Assembly: GCA_009782825.1 (NCBI GenBank)
Contig: WRII01000027.1
Coordinates: 1 to 37,376 of the forward strand
Reading direction: 5' to 3'
DNA from: Peptococcaceae bacterium
Lineage (GTDB): Bacteria > Bacillota > Desulfitobacteriia > Desulfitobacteriales > Syntrophobotulaceae
DNA: 37,376 bases
Part shown: in pieces, positions 9,236 through 17,823 of the stretch
Layout: each line of letters begins with the position of its first letter
How positions within the stretch are numbered: position 1 is the stretch's first letter
Notes under the pieces: model-generated
Database searches by the model: none
Told to the model about the DNA's origin: nothing
What the model saw: the letters and a program-made list of their open reading frames with translations, nothing else
Position numbers and translations under genes: made by a program

Positions 9236-9295
9236 CTGACCACTAACCACTGACCACTAACCACTAACCACTGACCACTTGCGGGCGTAGCCCGC
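9236..9295 (+). ncRNA. Intercistronic repeat element, copy 2 (six CTGACCAC/CTAACCAC heptamers, then TTGCGGGC-gta-GCCCGC hairpin), immediately upstream of the rluD RBS
   Basis: The sequence ctgaccactaaccactgaccactaaccactaaccactgaccacttgcgggcgtagcccgc is read directly. It is the reverse complement of copies 1 and 3, and so has the same orientation as local transcription. Confidence 0.6.
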
Positions 9296-9307
9296 GCTAG
9301 GAGATTA

Positions 9308-10321
9308 TTGCCTTTGGAAACTATAGATTTTTATGTCGGACACGCTCTTGTTCCCAAGCCCCATAACCCAGCTCTCCTGACAGAGCAGGAATCCCGCGGC
9401 TTTGCCGGACAGCGCCTGGACAAAGCCTTGGCCGCCCTGAGCGGACACAGCCGCGCCATGATCCAAAATCTCATCCGCGGCGGGCACGCCCGGGTCAACA
9501 ATCAGCCAGCGTCTCCCCATCACCTGCTGAAACAGGGTGATCATATTCATCTGGACATTCCCCAAGACCCTCTTCCCGGCGCCGATATGACACGACTAAA
9601 AATTTTGCCGGAAAACATTCCTCTGGACATTATACACGAAGATCAGTCTCTTCTCGTTGTCAATAAGCCTCAAGGCATGGTGGTTCATCCGGCTCCCGGC
9701 ACATACCGGGGAACTCTTGTCAATGCTCTTCTGTATCACTGCCCAAAGCTATCTGGCGTTGCCGGGACCGTGCGGCCCGGGATCGTCCATCGCCTTGATA
9801 AAGATACCTCAGGGCTTTTACTGGTAGCCAAAACCGATGACGCTCATCACGCTTTAGCCCGGCAAATCCAGGCTCACAGCCTTGAGCGGCTCTATAGGGC
9901 TATTCTTCATGGTGTATTTTACGACGCCGGCGCCACTATTGACGCCCCCATTGGCCGCGACCCTCATGACCGCCGCAAGAGAGTTGTCCAGATAAAAAGT
10001 TCCGGTACCCGCCAGGCCATGACTCACATTGAAGTCTTGCAGCGCTTCGAAAATTTTACAGAAATTAAAGCGACTCTGGAAACAGGGCGCCTTCACCAAA
10101 TTCGCGTCCATATGGCTTGGCTGGGACATCCGGTAGTTGGGGATCCGTTCTATGGTCCGAATCCCTCTTTTCGCGACCTGAAAGGCCAGCTTCTCCATGC
10201 GGAACGGATAGGGTTCGCGCACCCGGACACGGGAAAGACCATGGGCTTTGAGGCCCCGCCGCCGCTGCTCTATCAGGAAGTATTAAAGGAATTGCGTAAC
10301 ACGCACCACGCAACAGTGTAA
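9308..10321 (+). CDS. rluD: 23S rRNA pseudouridine synthase, RluD family
   Basis: S4-like N-terminal region followed by PseudoU_synth_2. The catalytic-Asp motif is HRLDKDTSGLLLVAKT. HQIRVHMA is also present. It sits in the conserved position after lspA. The start is probably the TTG at 9308, after the RBS aggag. Confidence 0.9.
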   Translation: MPLETIDFYVGHALVPKPHNPALLTEQESRGFAGQRLDKALAALSGHSRAMIQNLIRGGHARVNNQPASPHHLLKQGDHIHLDIPQDPLPGADMTRLKILPENIPLDIIHEDQSLLVVNKPQGMVVHPAPGTYRGTLVNALLYHCPKLSGVAGTVRPGIVHRLDKDTSGLLLVAKTDDAHHALARQIQAHSLERLYRAILHGVFYDAGATIDAPIGRDPHDRRKRVVQIKSSGTRQAMTHIEVLQRFENFTEIKATLETGRLHQIRVHMAWLGHPVVGDPFYGPNPSFRDLKGQLLHAERIGFAHPDTGKTMGFEAPPPLLYQEVLKELRNTHHATV

Positions 10322-10378
10322 GGCATATTTTTTCTGTAAATGCTCTATAAATGCTTATAAAATGCTTATAAATCCCAT

Positions 10379-10404
10379 TGAAACCATTTTTCAATCATGG
10401 TAAA
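10379..10404 (+). promoter_or_regulatory. Sigma-A-like promoter for the sortase-lipoprotein gene (-35 TTGAAA, 17 nt, -10 TAAAAT)
   Basis: Read directly. It is preceded by a 3x aaatgcttata tandem repeat and followed by the RBS aaaggggtgg. Confidence 0.45.
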
Positions 10405-10433
10405 ATACTGTCGAAAGGGGTGGATATTTTATT

Positions 10434-11429
10434 ATGAAAAAGAGAATAACCTGGCTGCTTATTGTGTCACTTGTACTTATATGCGCTGTGACTTTGGGAT
10501 GTCAAACAAAGGTCGAACCCACGGTTGAGGTCACTGCGGATGTACCGGTCGATAACGAAACGGAATACAGCGGAGATATTGCGGAGTTTTCTTATAGCGC
10601 CAGCGACTCTGCTGACGGACGGAAATATAAAATAGCTCTGGCTGGAGAAGAAATCATACTTACGGCCCAAATGCCCAAGGATACCACTTTAAGCATCGAA
10701 AAGAAACTCAATCCTGACGATCTGAATTCTTTACAGGATATCATCCTGGAAAAAGAGATCTACAAATGGGATGGCTTCGGTCAAAATGACGCTTCCGAGG
10801 ATCAAAGCGACGGCCAAGGCTTTACTTTGAATGTTGTGTATTCGGATGGGAATAAGATCAGCGCCCAAGGCCGTGAAAATTATCCGGATAACTATGACCA
10901 AGGTAATACGGCGCTGTCAGATTATTTTCTGAAGCTGGCAGGCCCCGTTCTGAAGTTTGACGGCGTTTTTGACGGAGCAGCACAAACCCCTACCAAAATC
11001 GTCATTTCTAAAATCGGCGTCAATGAAGGGATCATACCTGTGGGCTTGGACGCCACCGGCGCCATAGCCACGACTAAAGGCGCGTTTGGAATTACCTGGT
11101 ACACAGCCTACTCATCGCCTGGCTGGGGCACGAATGCCATTCTGACAGGCCATCACATATACAATGGCCAGTCAGGGTCATTTGTGAGATTAAAGGATCT
11201 TGTGGCGGGGGATATCATGTATATCTATTACGCCGATGGATCTATTGGCCGCTTTATTATGAAGACATCCACCTTGTATGAAGCCAATAGTGTTCCCGAG
11301 TACGCTGTGGCCAACACAGGAACCCAGCGGACAACCATCATCACCTGTGGGGGAAATCGCTTTCCCCAAGGCGGCTATAGCCACCGCCTTGTTGTCACCT
11401 TTGAAGCGGCCGGACGCCATCGGGGATAA
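10434..11429 (+). CDS. Lipoprotein with a C-terminal sortase-family (peptidase C60) catalytic domain. The Cys (TIITC) and Arg (SHRLVV) are intact
   Basis: Signal peptide with a lipobox-like VTLGC. The C-terminal domain has IPKIGV-like ISKIGV, the TGHH His box, TIITCGG and SHRLVV. These align with the TLxTC/SHRL motifs of class D/E sortases. The N-terminal ~180 aa are of unknown function. Confidence 0.6.
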   Translation: MKKRITWLLIVSLVLICAVTLGCQTKVEPTVEVTADVPVDNETEYSGDIAEFSYSASDSADGRKYKIALAGEEIILTAQMPKDTTLSIEKKLNPDDLNSLQDIILEKEIYKWDGFGQNDASEDQSDGQGFTLNVVYSDGNKISAQGRENYPDNYDQGNTALSDYFLKLAGPVLKFDGVFDGAAQTPTKIVISKIGVNEGIIPVGLDATGAIATTKGAFGITWYTAYSSPGWGTNAILTGHHIYNGQSGSFVRLKDLVAGDIMYIYYADGSIGRFIMKTSTLYEANSVPEYAVANTGTQRTTIITCGGNRFPQGGYSHRLVVTFEAAGRHRG

Positions 11430-11436
11430 AAACAGT

Positions 11437-11453
11437 TAGGGGCTGTAACTAAA
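11437..11453. repeat. Third (partial) copy of the TAGGGGCTGTAACTAAA repeat, overlapping the 3' end of the minus-strand sortase paralog
   Basis: 17/17 identity with 2725-2741 (the left copy at 2726-2757 minus its first-position T). Confidence 0.5.
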
Positions 11454-12063
11454 GCTCTCGGCCATCAACCCCAATATGTTCTGTTGCTGCTAAAGTTACA
11501 ACAAGATAATGGCTGTACCTGCCGGAGGAAGAGGATAACCGGCTTCCAGAACCGGTGATCAGGGTTGTCCGGGTTGGCCCCGAGTTTGCCATAACAGAAT
11601 CAGGAACATTCTCTCCATGATATGTATTTGTGCTCTTAACGACAAAACGACCAATGGATCCATCTTTATAGCGGATTTCCACAACATCGCCAATCTCAAG
11701 CTTTTCCAAGTCCATAAATACCCCTGGCATACCGTCAAAATCATGATGAGCCGCCAGAATAGCGTTGTAGTCCCATCCCGGCGACGCCCCTTTTTCATAC
11801 CAGACGACACCAACATCCTGGGAAGAATCTTCAATATTTCCATATTTATCCATATCTACAGGCTGGATATCTGCGTCTCCGCCAATCTTAGGAATAATAA
11901 TCTTAACTGGTTTTTGCATATCCCCGCCAAAACCCCGGGGTTCCTGTGGGTCCGGATCCAGATCCGCTATAGTCTCTTCATGACACCCTACAGCAACACA
12001 ACAGGTGAAGAGAACCAAAGCCAGAGCCAGACCAAATGTCTTATGTTTCATAGAGTATACCAT
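11449..12063 (-). CDS. Sortase-domain paralog with the catalytic Cys and Arg substituted (TLITGSG; SHYLVV). Predicted catalytically inactive pseudo-sortase lipoprotein
   Basis: It aligns across ~140 aa with the 10434-11429 sortase domain (KIIIPKIGG..., ASPGWDYNAILAAHH..., DGSIGRFVVKST..., RTTLITGSG). It has Cys to Gly and Arg to Tyr at the catalytic positions. The signal peptide has AVGC. It is convergent with its active paralog, with only 19 nt between the stops. Confidence 0.55.
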   Translation of the reverse strand: MVYSMKHKTFGLALALVLFTCCVAVGCHEETIADLDPDPQEPRGFGGDMQKPVKIIIPKIGGDADIQPVDMDKYGNIEDSSQDVGVVWYEKGASPGWDYNAILAAHHDFDGMPGVFMDLEKLEIGDVVEIRYKDGSIGRFVVKSTNTYHGENVPDSVMANSGPTRTTLITGSGSRLSSSSGRYSHYLVVTLAATEHIGVDGREL

Positions 12064-12158
12064 CCTCCTCTTCTCTTTGATTCTGGTGCAAGCCTCTTTA
12101 AATTCTACTATAAGTCACATCTTGTGACAATATGGGTAATTTGATTTATTATTATTAA

Positions 12159-12257
12159 TCAACTATGATGATATCAACTTGATGATATCAACTATGATGA
12201 TATCAACTTGATGATATCAACTATGATGATATCAACTATGCTCAATAATATCAACTG
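12159..12257. repeat. Tandem array, 6 copies of a 14/15-bp unit TGATGATATCAACT(A), in the divergent region upstream of pyrR
   Basis: Read directly: caactatgatgatatcaacttgatgatatcaactatgatgatatcaacttgatgatatcaactatgatgatatcaactatgctcaataatatcaactg. Confidence 0.85.
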
Positions 12258-12275
12258 TGTAGAAGCGAGAAAATA

Positions 12276-12830
12276 ATGGATACTGGAAAGGTGAAAAAAC
12301 AAATCTTAAATGAGGACGGCATCCAAAGAGTCATTGTGCGCATTGCCCATGAAATTTTGGAACGCAATGGAGGCGTAGAGAATCTTGTTTTGTTGGGTAT
12401 CCAGAGGCGCGGCGTCCCTTTGGCCGAACGCATCCGCGCCAAGATGGCGGAAATCGAAGGAATCAACGTCCCCTTGGGGATCCTCGATATCACCCTCTAC
12501 CGCGACGATTTATCGACCATTTCCGAGGATTCTCTGCCTGTGGTTCATGAAACTGCTGTCAAATTTCCGATTCAGGGAAAAGTAGTTATCCTCGTGGATG
12601 ATGTTCTCTTTACAGGCCGGACCATTCGCGCGGCCCTTGACGCTCTTATGGATTTAGGGCGCCCTCAAAAAATCCAATTGGCTGTGCTCGTGGATCGGGG
12701 TCATCGTGAACTGCCCATTCGCGCGGATTTTGTTGGCAAAGACTTGCCAACGTCCTGCCGCGAAACCGTCTCTGTATGTTTACAGGAAATTGATGGCAAG
12801 GAAGAAGTCTTGCTGCTGGAAAGGTATTAA
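12276..12830 (+). CDS. pyrR: Bifunctional pyrimidine operon regulatory protein / uracil phosphoribosyltransferase
   Basis: 184 aa. The PRPP-binding motif [14 protein letters not shown] is present. It aligns end to end with PyrR. It sits in the conserved position before pyrB. Confidence 0.9.
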   Translation: MDTGKVKKQILNEDGIQRVIVRIAHEILERNGGVENLVLLGIQRRGVPLAERIRAKMAEIEGINVPLGILDITLYRDDLSTISEDSLPVVHETAVKFPIQGKVVILVDDVLFTGRTIRAALDALMDLGRPQKIQLAVLVDRGHRELPIRADFVGKDLPTSCRETVSVCLQEIDGKEEVLLLERY

Positions 12831-12843
12831 GAAAGGGACGGAT

Positions 12844-13830
12844 ATGCTGGGAAATCACAAAGACCTTCTGGGCATTGAACAATTAACTTCTCAGGATATC
12901 CATCACATATTTAAAACCGCGGCCACAATGAAGGAAATTCTGGAGCGGCCCATTAAGAAGCTGCCGACTTTGCGCGGCAAAGGGGTAGGCATGCTCTTCT
13001 ACGAAGCCAGCACGCGGACGCGGGTATCCTTTGAAACGGCCGCAAAAACATTGGGAGCCGATGTAGGATCCTTTGCGGTAACGACCAGCAGTGTCAACAA
13101 AGGGGAATCCTTGCTGGATACGGCAAAAACTCTGCAGGCCATGAAGTTTGATCTCATTGTTGTCCGGCATGCCAGTTCGGGCGCCGGCGAGTTTTTAGCC
13201 CGCAACTTGAATGCCGGTATTATCAATGCCGGCGACGGCCAGCATGAACACCCTACCCAAGCTTTGCTGGACGCTTTTACCCTTTATGAAAAGTTTGGTC
13301 AACAGGGCGAGGCAGGACACGGCAGGGAAGGCCGGACAAGCCCCGATAGCTCTCTCTTCGCCGGGCGCAAAATTGTCATTGTCGGGGATATCCTCCACTC
13401 CCGGGTGGCACGCAGCAACGCCCTGTGTTTGCAGCGATTAGGCGCTGACGTCACCTTTGTGGGTCCCCCGACCTTGCTGCCTCCGGAAATGGCCTGCTGC
13501 GGCGTCACGTTATCTCATGATTTGGACATCAGCCTTAGGGGCGCCGATGCGGTTATGGCGCTGCGCCTTCAGTTGGAACGGCAGCAGAGCGGATTGTTCC
13601 CCTCTGTGCGTGAATACACGGCTCTCTATGGATTAACATCGGCCAGGCTGGCCCAAGCCAATTGTGCGACAGGTCAGACTCCCTTGGTGCTGCATCCGGG
13701 ACCCATGAACCGAGGTGTGGAAATTGACAGTGTCTTGGCCGACAGTCTCCAGTCTATGATTGAAGAACAAGTCACTAACGGCGTCGCTATTCGTATGGCA
13801 CTTATATATTTGCTTATTGGGGGTAATTAA
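12844..13830 (+). CDS. pyrB: Aspartate carbamoyltransferase catalytic subunit
   Basis: Motifs ASTRTR, HPTQALLD and HPGP are present. An in-frame ATG at 12844 follows the RBS aaggga. The longer ORF from 12706 overlaps pyrR and is unlikely. There is a ~17-aa insertion (QQGEAGHGREGRTSPDSS) relative to typical PyrB. Confidence 0.9.
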   Translation: MLGNHKDLLGIEQLTSQDIHHIFKTAATMKEILERPIKKLPTLRGKGVGMLFYEASTRTRVSFETAAKTLGADVGSFAVTTSSVNKGESLLDTAKTLQAMKFDLIVVRHASSGAGEFLARNLNAGIINAGDGQHEHPTQALLDAFTLYEKFGQQGEAGHGREGRTSPDSSLFAGRKIVIVGDILHSRVARSNALCLQRLGADVTFVGPPTLLPPEMACCGVTLSHDLDISLRGADAVMALRLQLERQQSGLFPSVREYTALYGLTSARLAQANCATGQTPLVLHPGPMNRGVEIDSVLADSLQSMIEEQVTNGVAIRMALIYLLIGGN

Positions 13831-13833
13831 CTG

Positions 13834-15183
13834 ATGTGGTTGATTAAAAATGTTCATGTGGTCGATCCGGCTCAGGATCTGGATGCCATATGCGATGTAG
13901 AATTTGATGAACGTATCCGGAACATTATAAAGCATAATGCGAATACGCAAAACACACTCCCTGTTGATGCTGACTCACCAGATGAACATACAGTGTCAGG
14001 CCGCAAAACATCAGAAGCCGCCCCCTCCGGCAACACTGTTCAAGTCATCGATGGCCGCGGCAAGTATCTGTTTCCCGGCTTTGTGGATGTTCACGCCCAT
14101 CTGCGGGAACCGGGACGGGAGGATAAGGAGGATCTCGCCAGCGGCGCCCAGGCAGCGGCTCGCGGCGGGTTCACCACTGTCCTCTGCATGGCCAACACCC
14201 AGCCTGTCATCGATAATCGGGGTCTTGTGGAATTTGTGATCAATCAGGGATCTCAGGCAGAGGGAGCACGGGTATGGCCTGTTGCCGCTGTGACCAAAGG
14301 CCTGAAAGGGGAAGAGCTGGTCAATATGGTCGAATTACATAACGCGGGAGCCGTGGCTTTTTCCGATGACGGCCGGGGCATTCAACGCGGCCAGACCATG
14401 CTGTTGGCCTTGCAGTACGCCCAGCTGACGGGGCGCCCCATTATTTCTCACTGCGAAGAGGACTCCTTAGCCGCCAACGGATCCATGCGGCGGGGTCCTC
14501 AGAGCGCCCGCTTGGGATTGACCGGCATTCCCGCCGCTGCCGAAAGTGTTATGGCAGCACGGGATATTCTTCTGGCCGAAGAAACCGCGGGCAGACTCCA
14601 TCTGGCTCACATGTCCGCTTCCGCCACTGTGACCCTGTTGGGATGGGCTAAAAAGCAAGGTATAGATGTTACCGGCGAAGTCAACCCTCATCATCTGATT
14701 TTTTGCGATGAAGATATCGGCCTGACCGACACCGCCCTTAAAGTGAATCCTCCCTTGCCTTCAGCCGCGGATCGGGAGATTTTGATAGAAGCGCTGGCCA
14801 ACGGAACTATCGACATGCTGGCCACGGATCATGCGCCTCACACCTGGGAAGAGAAGGCTCAGCCTTTTGCGGAAGCGCCCTTCGGCATCAATGCTTTTGA
14901 AACTGCCCTATCCGCCGTTTGGATGTCCTTGGTAGAACCTGGCAAGTTGTCAGTCAGCCGGCTTGTCCGCGCTTGGTCTCTGAACCCGGCCCGGCGTTTC
15001 AGCCTTGCCGGGGGAAGCCTCAGTCCCGGAACCCCGGCCGATGTTGTGCTTTTTGATCCCAGTCACACCAGAGTGATTGGAGAGGGAACGTGGATGTCAA
15101 AATCTACCAATACCCCGTATTGGGGAAAGCCTATGCATGGATTCGCCATCGCCACCTGGGTGGGCGGTATCAAACACTGTTAA
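13834..15183 (+). CDS. pyrC: Dihydroorotase (class I)
   Basis: Metal-binding VDVHAHLREPG is present, and the HAPH-type motif TDHAPH. It is 449 aa, with a ~35-aa insertion near the N-terminus (NANTQNTLPVDADSPDEHTVSGRKTSEAAPSGNT). Confidence 0.9.
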   Translation: MWLIKNVHVVDPAQDLDAICDVEFDERIRNIIKHNANTQNTLPVDADSPDEHTVSGRKTSEAAPSGNTVQVIDGRGKYLFPGFVDVHAHLREPGREDKEDLASGAQAAARGGFTTVLCMANTQPVIDNRGLVEFVINQGSQAEGARVWPVAAVTKGLKGEELVNMVELHNAGAVAFSDDGRGIQRGQTMLLALQYAQLTGRPIISHCEEDSLAANGSMRRGPQSARLGLTGIPAAAESVMAARDILLAEETAGRLHLAHMSASATVTLLGWAKKQGIDVTGEVNPHHLIFCDEDIGLTDTALKVNPPLPSAADREILIEALANGTIDMLATDHAPHTWEEKAQPFAEAPFGINAFETALSAVWMSLVEPGKLSVSRLVRAWSLNPARRFSLAGGSLSPGTPADVVLFDPSHTRVIGEGTWMSKSTNTPYWGKPMHGFAIATWVGGIKHC

Positions 15184-15211
15184 AACGGTTATACAGGGGA
15201 GGCTGCGACAT

Positions 15212-16144
15212 ATGCTAAGTCAGGAGAAGGTTGTCACCAATCATGCTATGGGACCGGCTCATAACGGCCAAGGCCTTTACAAACTTGTTCTGCACGGTCA
15301 AATTGCCGAACACGCTTACCCGGGACAGTTCGTCGCCATTCGACCCTCGGACACGAACGATCCGCTGCTGCGCCGGCCCTTGAGTATAGCGGGTATTGAT
15401 AAAAAAACCGGGGAGCTGACCCTCTGCTATCGCCTCAAAGGTCCAGGCACCACACTTTTGTCTCGCATCCCGCCGGGAGCTTATGTAGATGTTCTCGGTC
15501 CCCTGGGCCAAGGCTTCTCTCTGGGGAGGCAAGGGTTTAGCAAAACCCTGCCGGACTTTTCGGAAGATCGGCCAGGATTCCAAGGTCATCCTCTGCCTGC
15601 CCGCGTCATTCTTGTCGCTGGGGGAATCGGGATTTTTTCATTATATGCGCTTTTGGAACATCTGCTGCGCAATCCTGCGTTTTGGAAGATCCTTGTCACC
15701 GTCATCTGGGGAGGATTGGATAAGGGTTTTCTTGAACATGCCATGGCAGATGTGCTGTATCAGCTGCCGAAAGAAAATCTGATTCTGTGCACCATGGATG
15801 GGAGCCTCGGATATAAGGGATTGGTGACCGAACCTTTGGAGCACCTGCTCAATACCCGCAAAACTGCGGGCACACTTGAGAGCCCAAACAGATTTGAGAG
15901 TGGGGGAACCTTGGTAGCGGCCTGCGGCCCTAAGGTGATGCTGCATGCTGTGGCTGAACTCTGCGAGAGATTCGGTGTGCCTTCCGAAGTCTGTTTGGAA
16001 GAGCATATGGCCTGCGGTTTGGGCGCCTGCCTCGGGTGCAGCTGCCAAATCAAGGATGAAACCGGCGTTGTGCGGCGTGGGCGCGTCTGTGTGGAAGGTC
16101 CTGTTTTCTCCGGGAAGGAGGTCGTTTGGCATGAGCAGATTTGA
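15212..16144 (+). CDS. pyrK: Dihydroorotate dehydrogenase electron-transfer subunit (FAD/NAD-binding, 2Fe-2S)
   Basis: ATG at 15212 after the RBS aggggagg. A C-terminal Cys cluster CGLGACLGCSC is present, and an RPxS FAD motif (RRPLSIAG). The annotated ORF start at 15077 lies inside pyrC. Confidence 0.85.
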   Translation: MLSQEKVVTNHAMGPAHNGQGLYKLVLHGQIAEHAYPGQFVAIRPSDTNDPLLRRPLSIAGIDKKTGELTLCYRLKGPGTTLLSRIPPGAYVDVLGPLGQGFSLGRQGFSKTLPDFSEDRPGFQGHPLPARVILVAGGIGIFSLYALLEHLLRNPAFWKILVTVIWGGLDKGFLEHAMADVLYQLPKENLILCTMDGSLGYKGLVTEPLEHLLNTRKTAGTLESPNRFESGGTLVAACGPKVMLHAVAELCERFGVPSEVCLEEHMACGLGACLGCSCQIKDETGVVRRGRVCVEGPVFSGKEVVWHEQI

Positions 16145-17057
16145 CAGATCCCTGACCATAAAGGGGCTCCATCTGAAAAACCCCCTTATTGCCTGCTCCG
16201 GTACTTATGGTTTTGGCGACATCTATACTGAGTATGTCCCCGCCTCTGCTTGGGGGGGAATTGCCATGAAAGGCATTACGCCCCAGCCCCGTTTGGGAAA
16301 TCCCGCACCGCGTTTGCGCGAAACCCCGGCCGGTCTTTTGAATGCTGTAGGTTTGGAGAATCCTGGTCTCAAGGAATTTCGGCACAGCTGCCTGCCTGGG
16401 ATGGCGGATATAGGAACAGCGGTCATTGTTAACATTTCCGGCTTTTCTGTGAACGACTTCAAGTTCATGGCTTCCCGGCTTGATCAGGAGCCGAACGTGG
16501 ATGCGTTGGAAGTCAATATTTCCTGCCCCAATATTAAACATGGCGGTATGCAGTTTGGCAGCGACCCCGACAGCGCCGCCGAAGTCGTGCGGGCTGTACG
16601 CGAAAACACGTCTCTTCCGCTTATTGTCAAGCTGTCACCCAATGTCACGGATATTGCGGCCATCGCCCGGGCTGTGGTTCAAGGCGGCGCTGACGCTGTC
16701 TCCCTGATCAATACTTTGCTGGGTATGAGCATTGATATTGAAACTCAGAAACCTTTTTTAGGCAATACTACAGGGGGACTGTCAGGCCCTGCTGTGCGTC
16801 CTGTAGCTGTGCGCATGGTGTATGAGACCTATAAGGCTGTTGATGTGCCCATTATAGGTATGGGGGGGATCACCTGCTGGCAGGATGCTGTGGAATTCAT
16901 GTTGGCCGGCGCCTCAGCGGTGGGGATCGGAACCGCGAATTTCACCAATCCTTTGGCCCCGGTAGAGGTTTTGGAAGGGATTGAGGCTTATGCGCGGGAG
17001 CATGGGTATGGCTCTTTGCGGGAGTTGGTGGGGCGGGCACATAGGTCAGGAGATTGA
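16131..17057 (+). CDS. pyrD: Dihydroorotate dehydrogenase catalytic subunit (class 1B)
   Basis: The start MSRFDRSLTIKGLHLKNPLIACSGTYGFG has the RBS ggaaggagg. It overlaps the pyrK end by 14 nt. A TIM-barrel FMN site is present (VKLSPN, GGI). Confidence 0.9.
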   Translation: MSRFDRSLTIKGLHLKNPLIACSGTYGFGDIYTEYVPASAWGGIAMKGITPQPRLGNPAPRLRETPAGLLNAVGLENPGLKEFRHSCLPGMADIGTAVIVNISGFSVNDFKFMASRLDQEPNVDALEVNISCPNIKHGGMQFGSDPDSAAEVVRAVRENTSLPLIVKLSPNVTDIAAIARAVVQGGADAVSLINTLLGMSIDIETQKPFLGNTTGGLSGPAVRPVAVRMVYETYKAVDVPIIGMGGITCWQDAVEFMLAGASAVGIGTANFTNPLAPVEVLEGIEAYAREHGYGSLRELVGRAHRSGD

Positions 17058-17130
17058 TAGATCATGACACATGACTTGCCCGGCAGACAAGATTGGTTAC
17101 ATCTGTTATTTGCGAAAGATGGTGATTACA

Positions 17131-17823
17131 ATGAACCTCCAAGAGAGGCTTAGCCCGATCTCTCAAGTTATCGTCGCTCTCGACGTAGACAACATTGCCC
17201 GCGCCCATGAACTTGCCCGTTTACTGCAAGGAACAGGCTGCTGGTTAAAAATCGGCATGGAACTTTACGCTCTGAGCGGTATCAGCCTGATTGATGAGTT
17301 CAAAAGTCTTGGTTTTCATATTTTCCTTGACCTCAAGCTCCACGATATTCCCACCACAGTGGAGCGAACGCTGCGTGTCCTCGCGGCTTCGGGCGCCGAT
17401 ATGATCACTGTTCATTGTCTGGGAGGGTATGATATGATGGCCCGGGCCGCTGATGTCTGTCACCAAGCGGACACACTTCTCATGGGTGTGACTGTCCTTA
17501 CCAGCATGGATGAAAAGCATCTGGCCGATATTGGCGTAACGCAGGACATAGACAACCAAGTCGTTCATCTTGCTCAGTTGGCTCACCGGGCCGGACTTGA
17601 CGGAGTTGTGGCCTCAGCTCACGAAGTGCCAAATCTGCGCAAGCAGCTAACCGAATTCCTTTTGGTGACGCCAGGTATCCGTCCCGCCGGCAGTGAAACC
17701 AACGACCAAGCGCGAGTCTTAACCCCACAAGCCGCTTTAGATGCCGGCAGTTCCTACCTTGTTGTCGGGAGACCCATTACGCAGTCACCTGATCCGAGAC
17801 AGGCTCTGTTAAGTTTATTTTAA
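17131..17823 (+). CDS. pyrF: Orotidine 5'-phosphate decarboxylase
   Basis: MNLQERL...VIVALDV...DLKLHDIPTTV...LLVTPGIRP matches the OMPdecase signatures (DxKxxDI, VTPGI). ATG at 17131. Its stop codon overlaps the stop codon of the convergent histidine kinase gene. Confidence 0.9.
   Translation: MNLQERLSPISQVIVALDVDNIARAHELARLLQGTGCWLKIGMELYALSGISLIDEFKSLGFHIFLDLKLHDIPTTVERTLRVLAASGADMITVHCLGGYDMMARAADVCHQADTLLMGVTVLTSMDEKHLADIGVTQDIDNQVVHLAQLAHRAGLDGVVASAHEVPNLRKQLTEFLLVTPGIRPAGSETNDQARVLTPQAALDAGSSYLVVGRPITQSPDPRQALLSLF

Noticed and set aside
12159-12257. CRISPR array
   Set aside because: The 15-bp units are directly abutting with no spacers, so this is a minisatellite, not a CRISPR array. 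No cas genes are present.
12064-12843. PyrR-binding attenuators upstream of pyrR and pyrB
   Set aside because: I searched for the conserved CCAGAGAGGC binding loop and for terminator/antiterminator pairs. None was seen, and the pyrR-pyrB gap is only 13 nt. The absence is reported as an observation rather than a feature.
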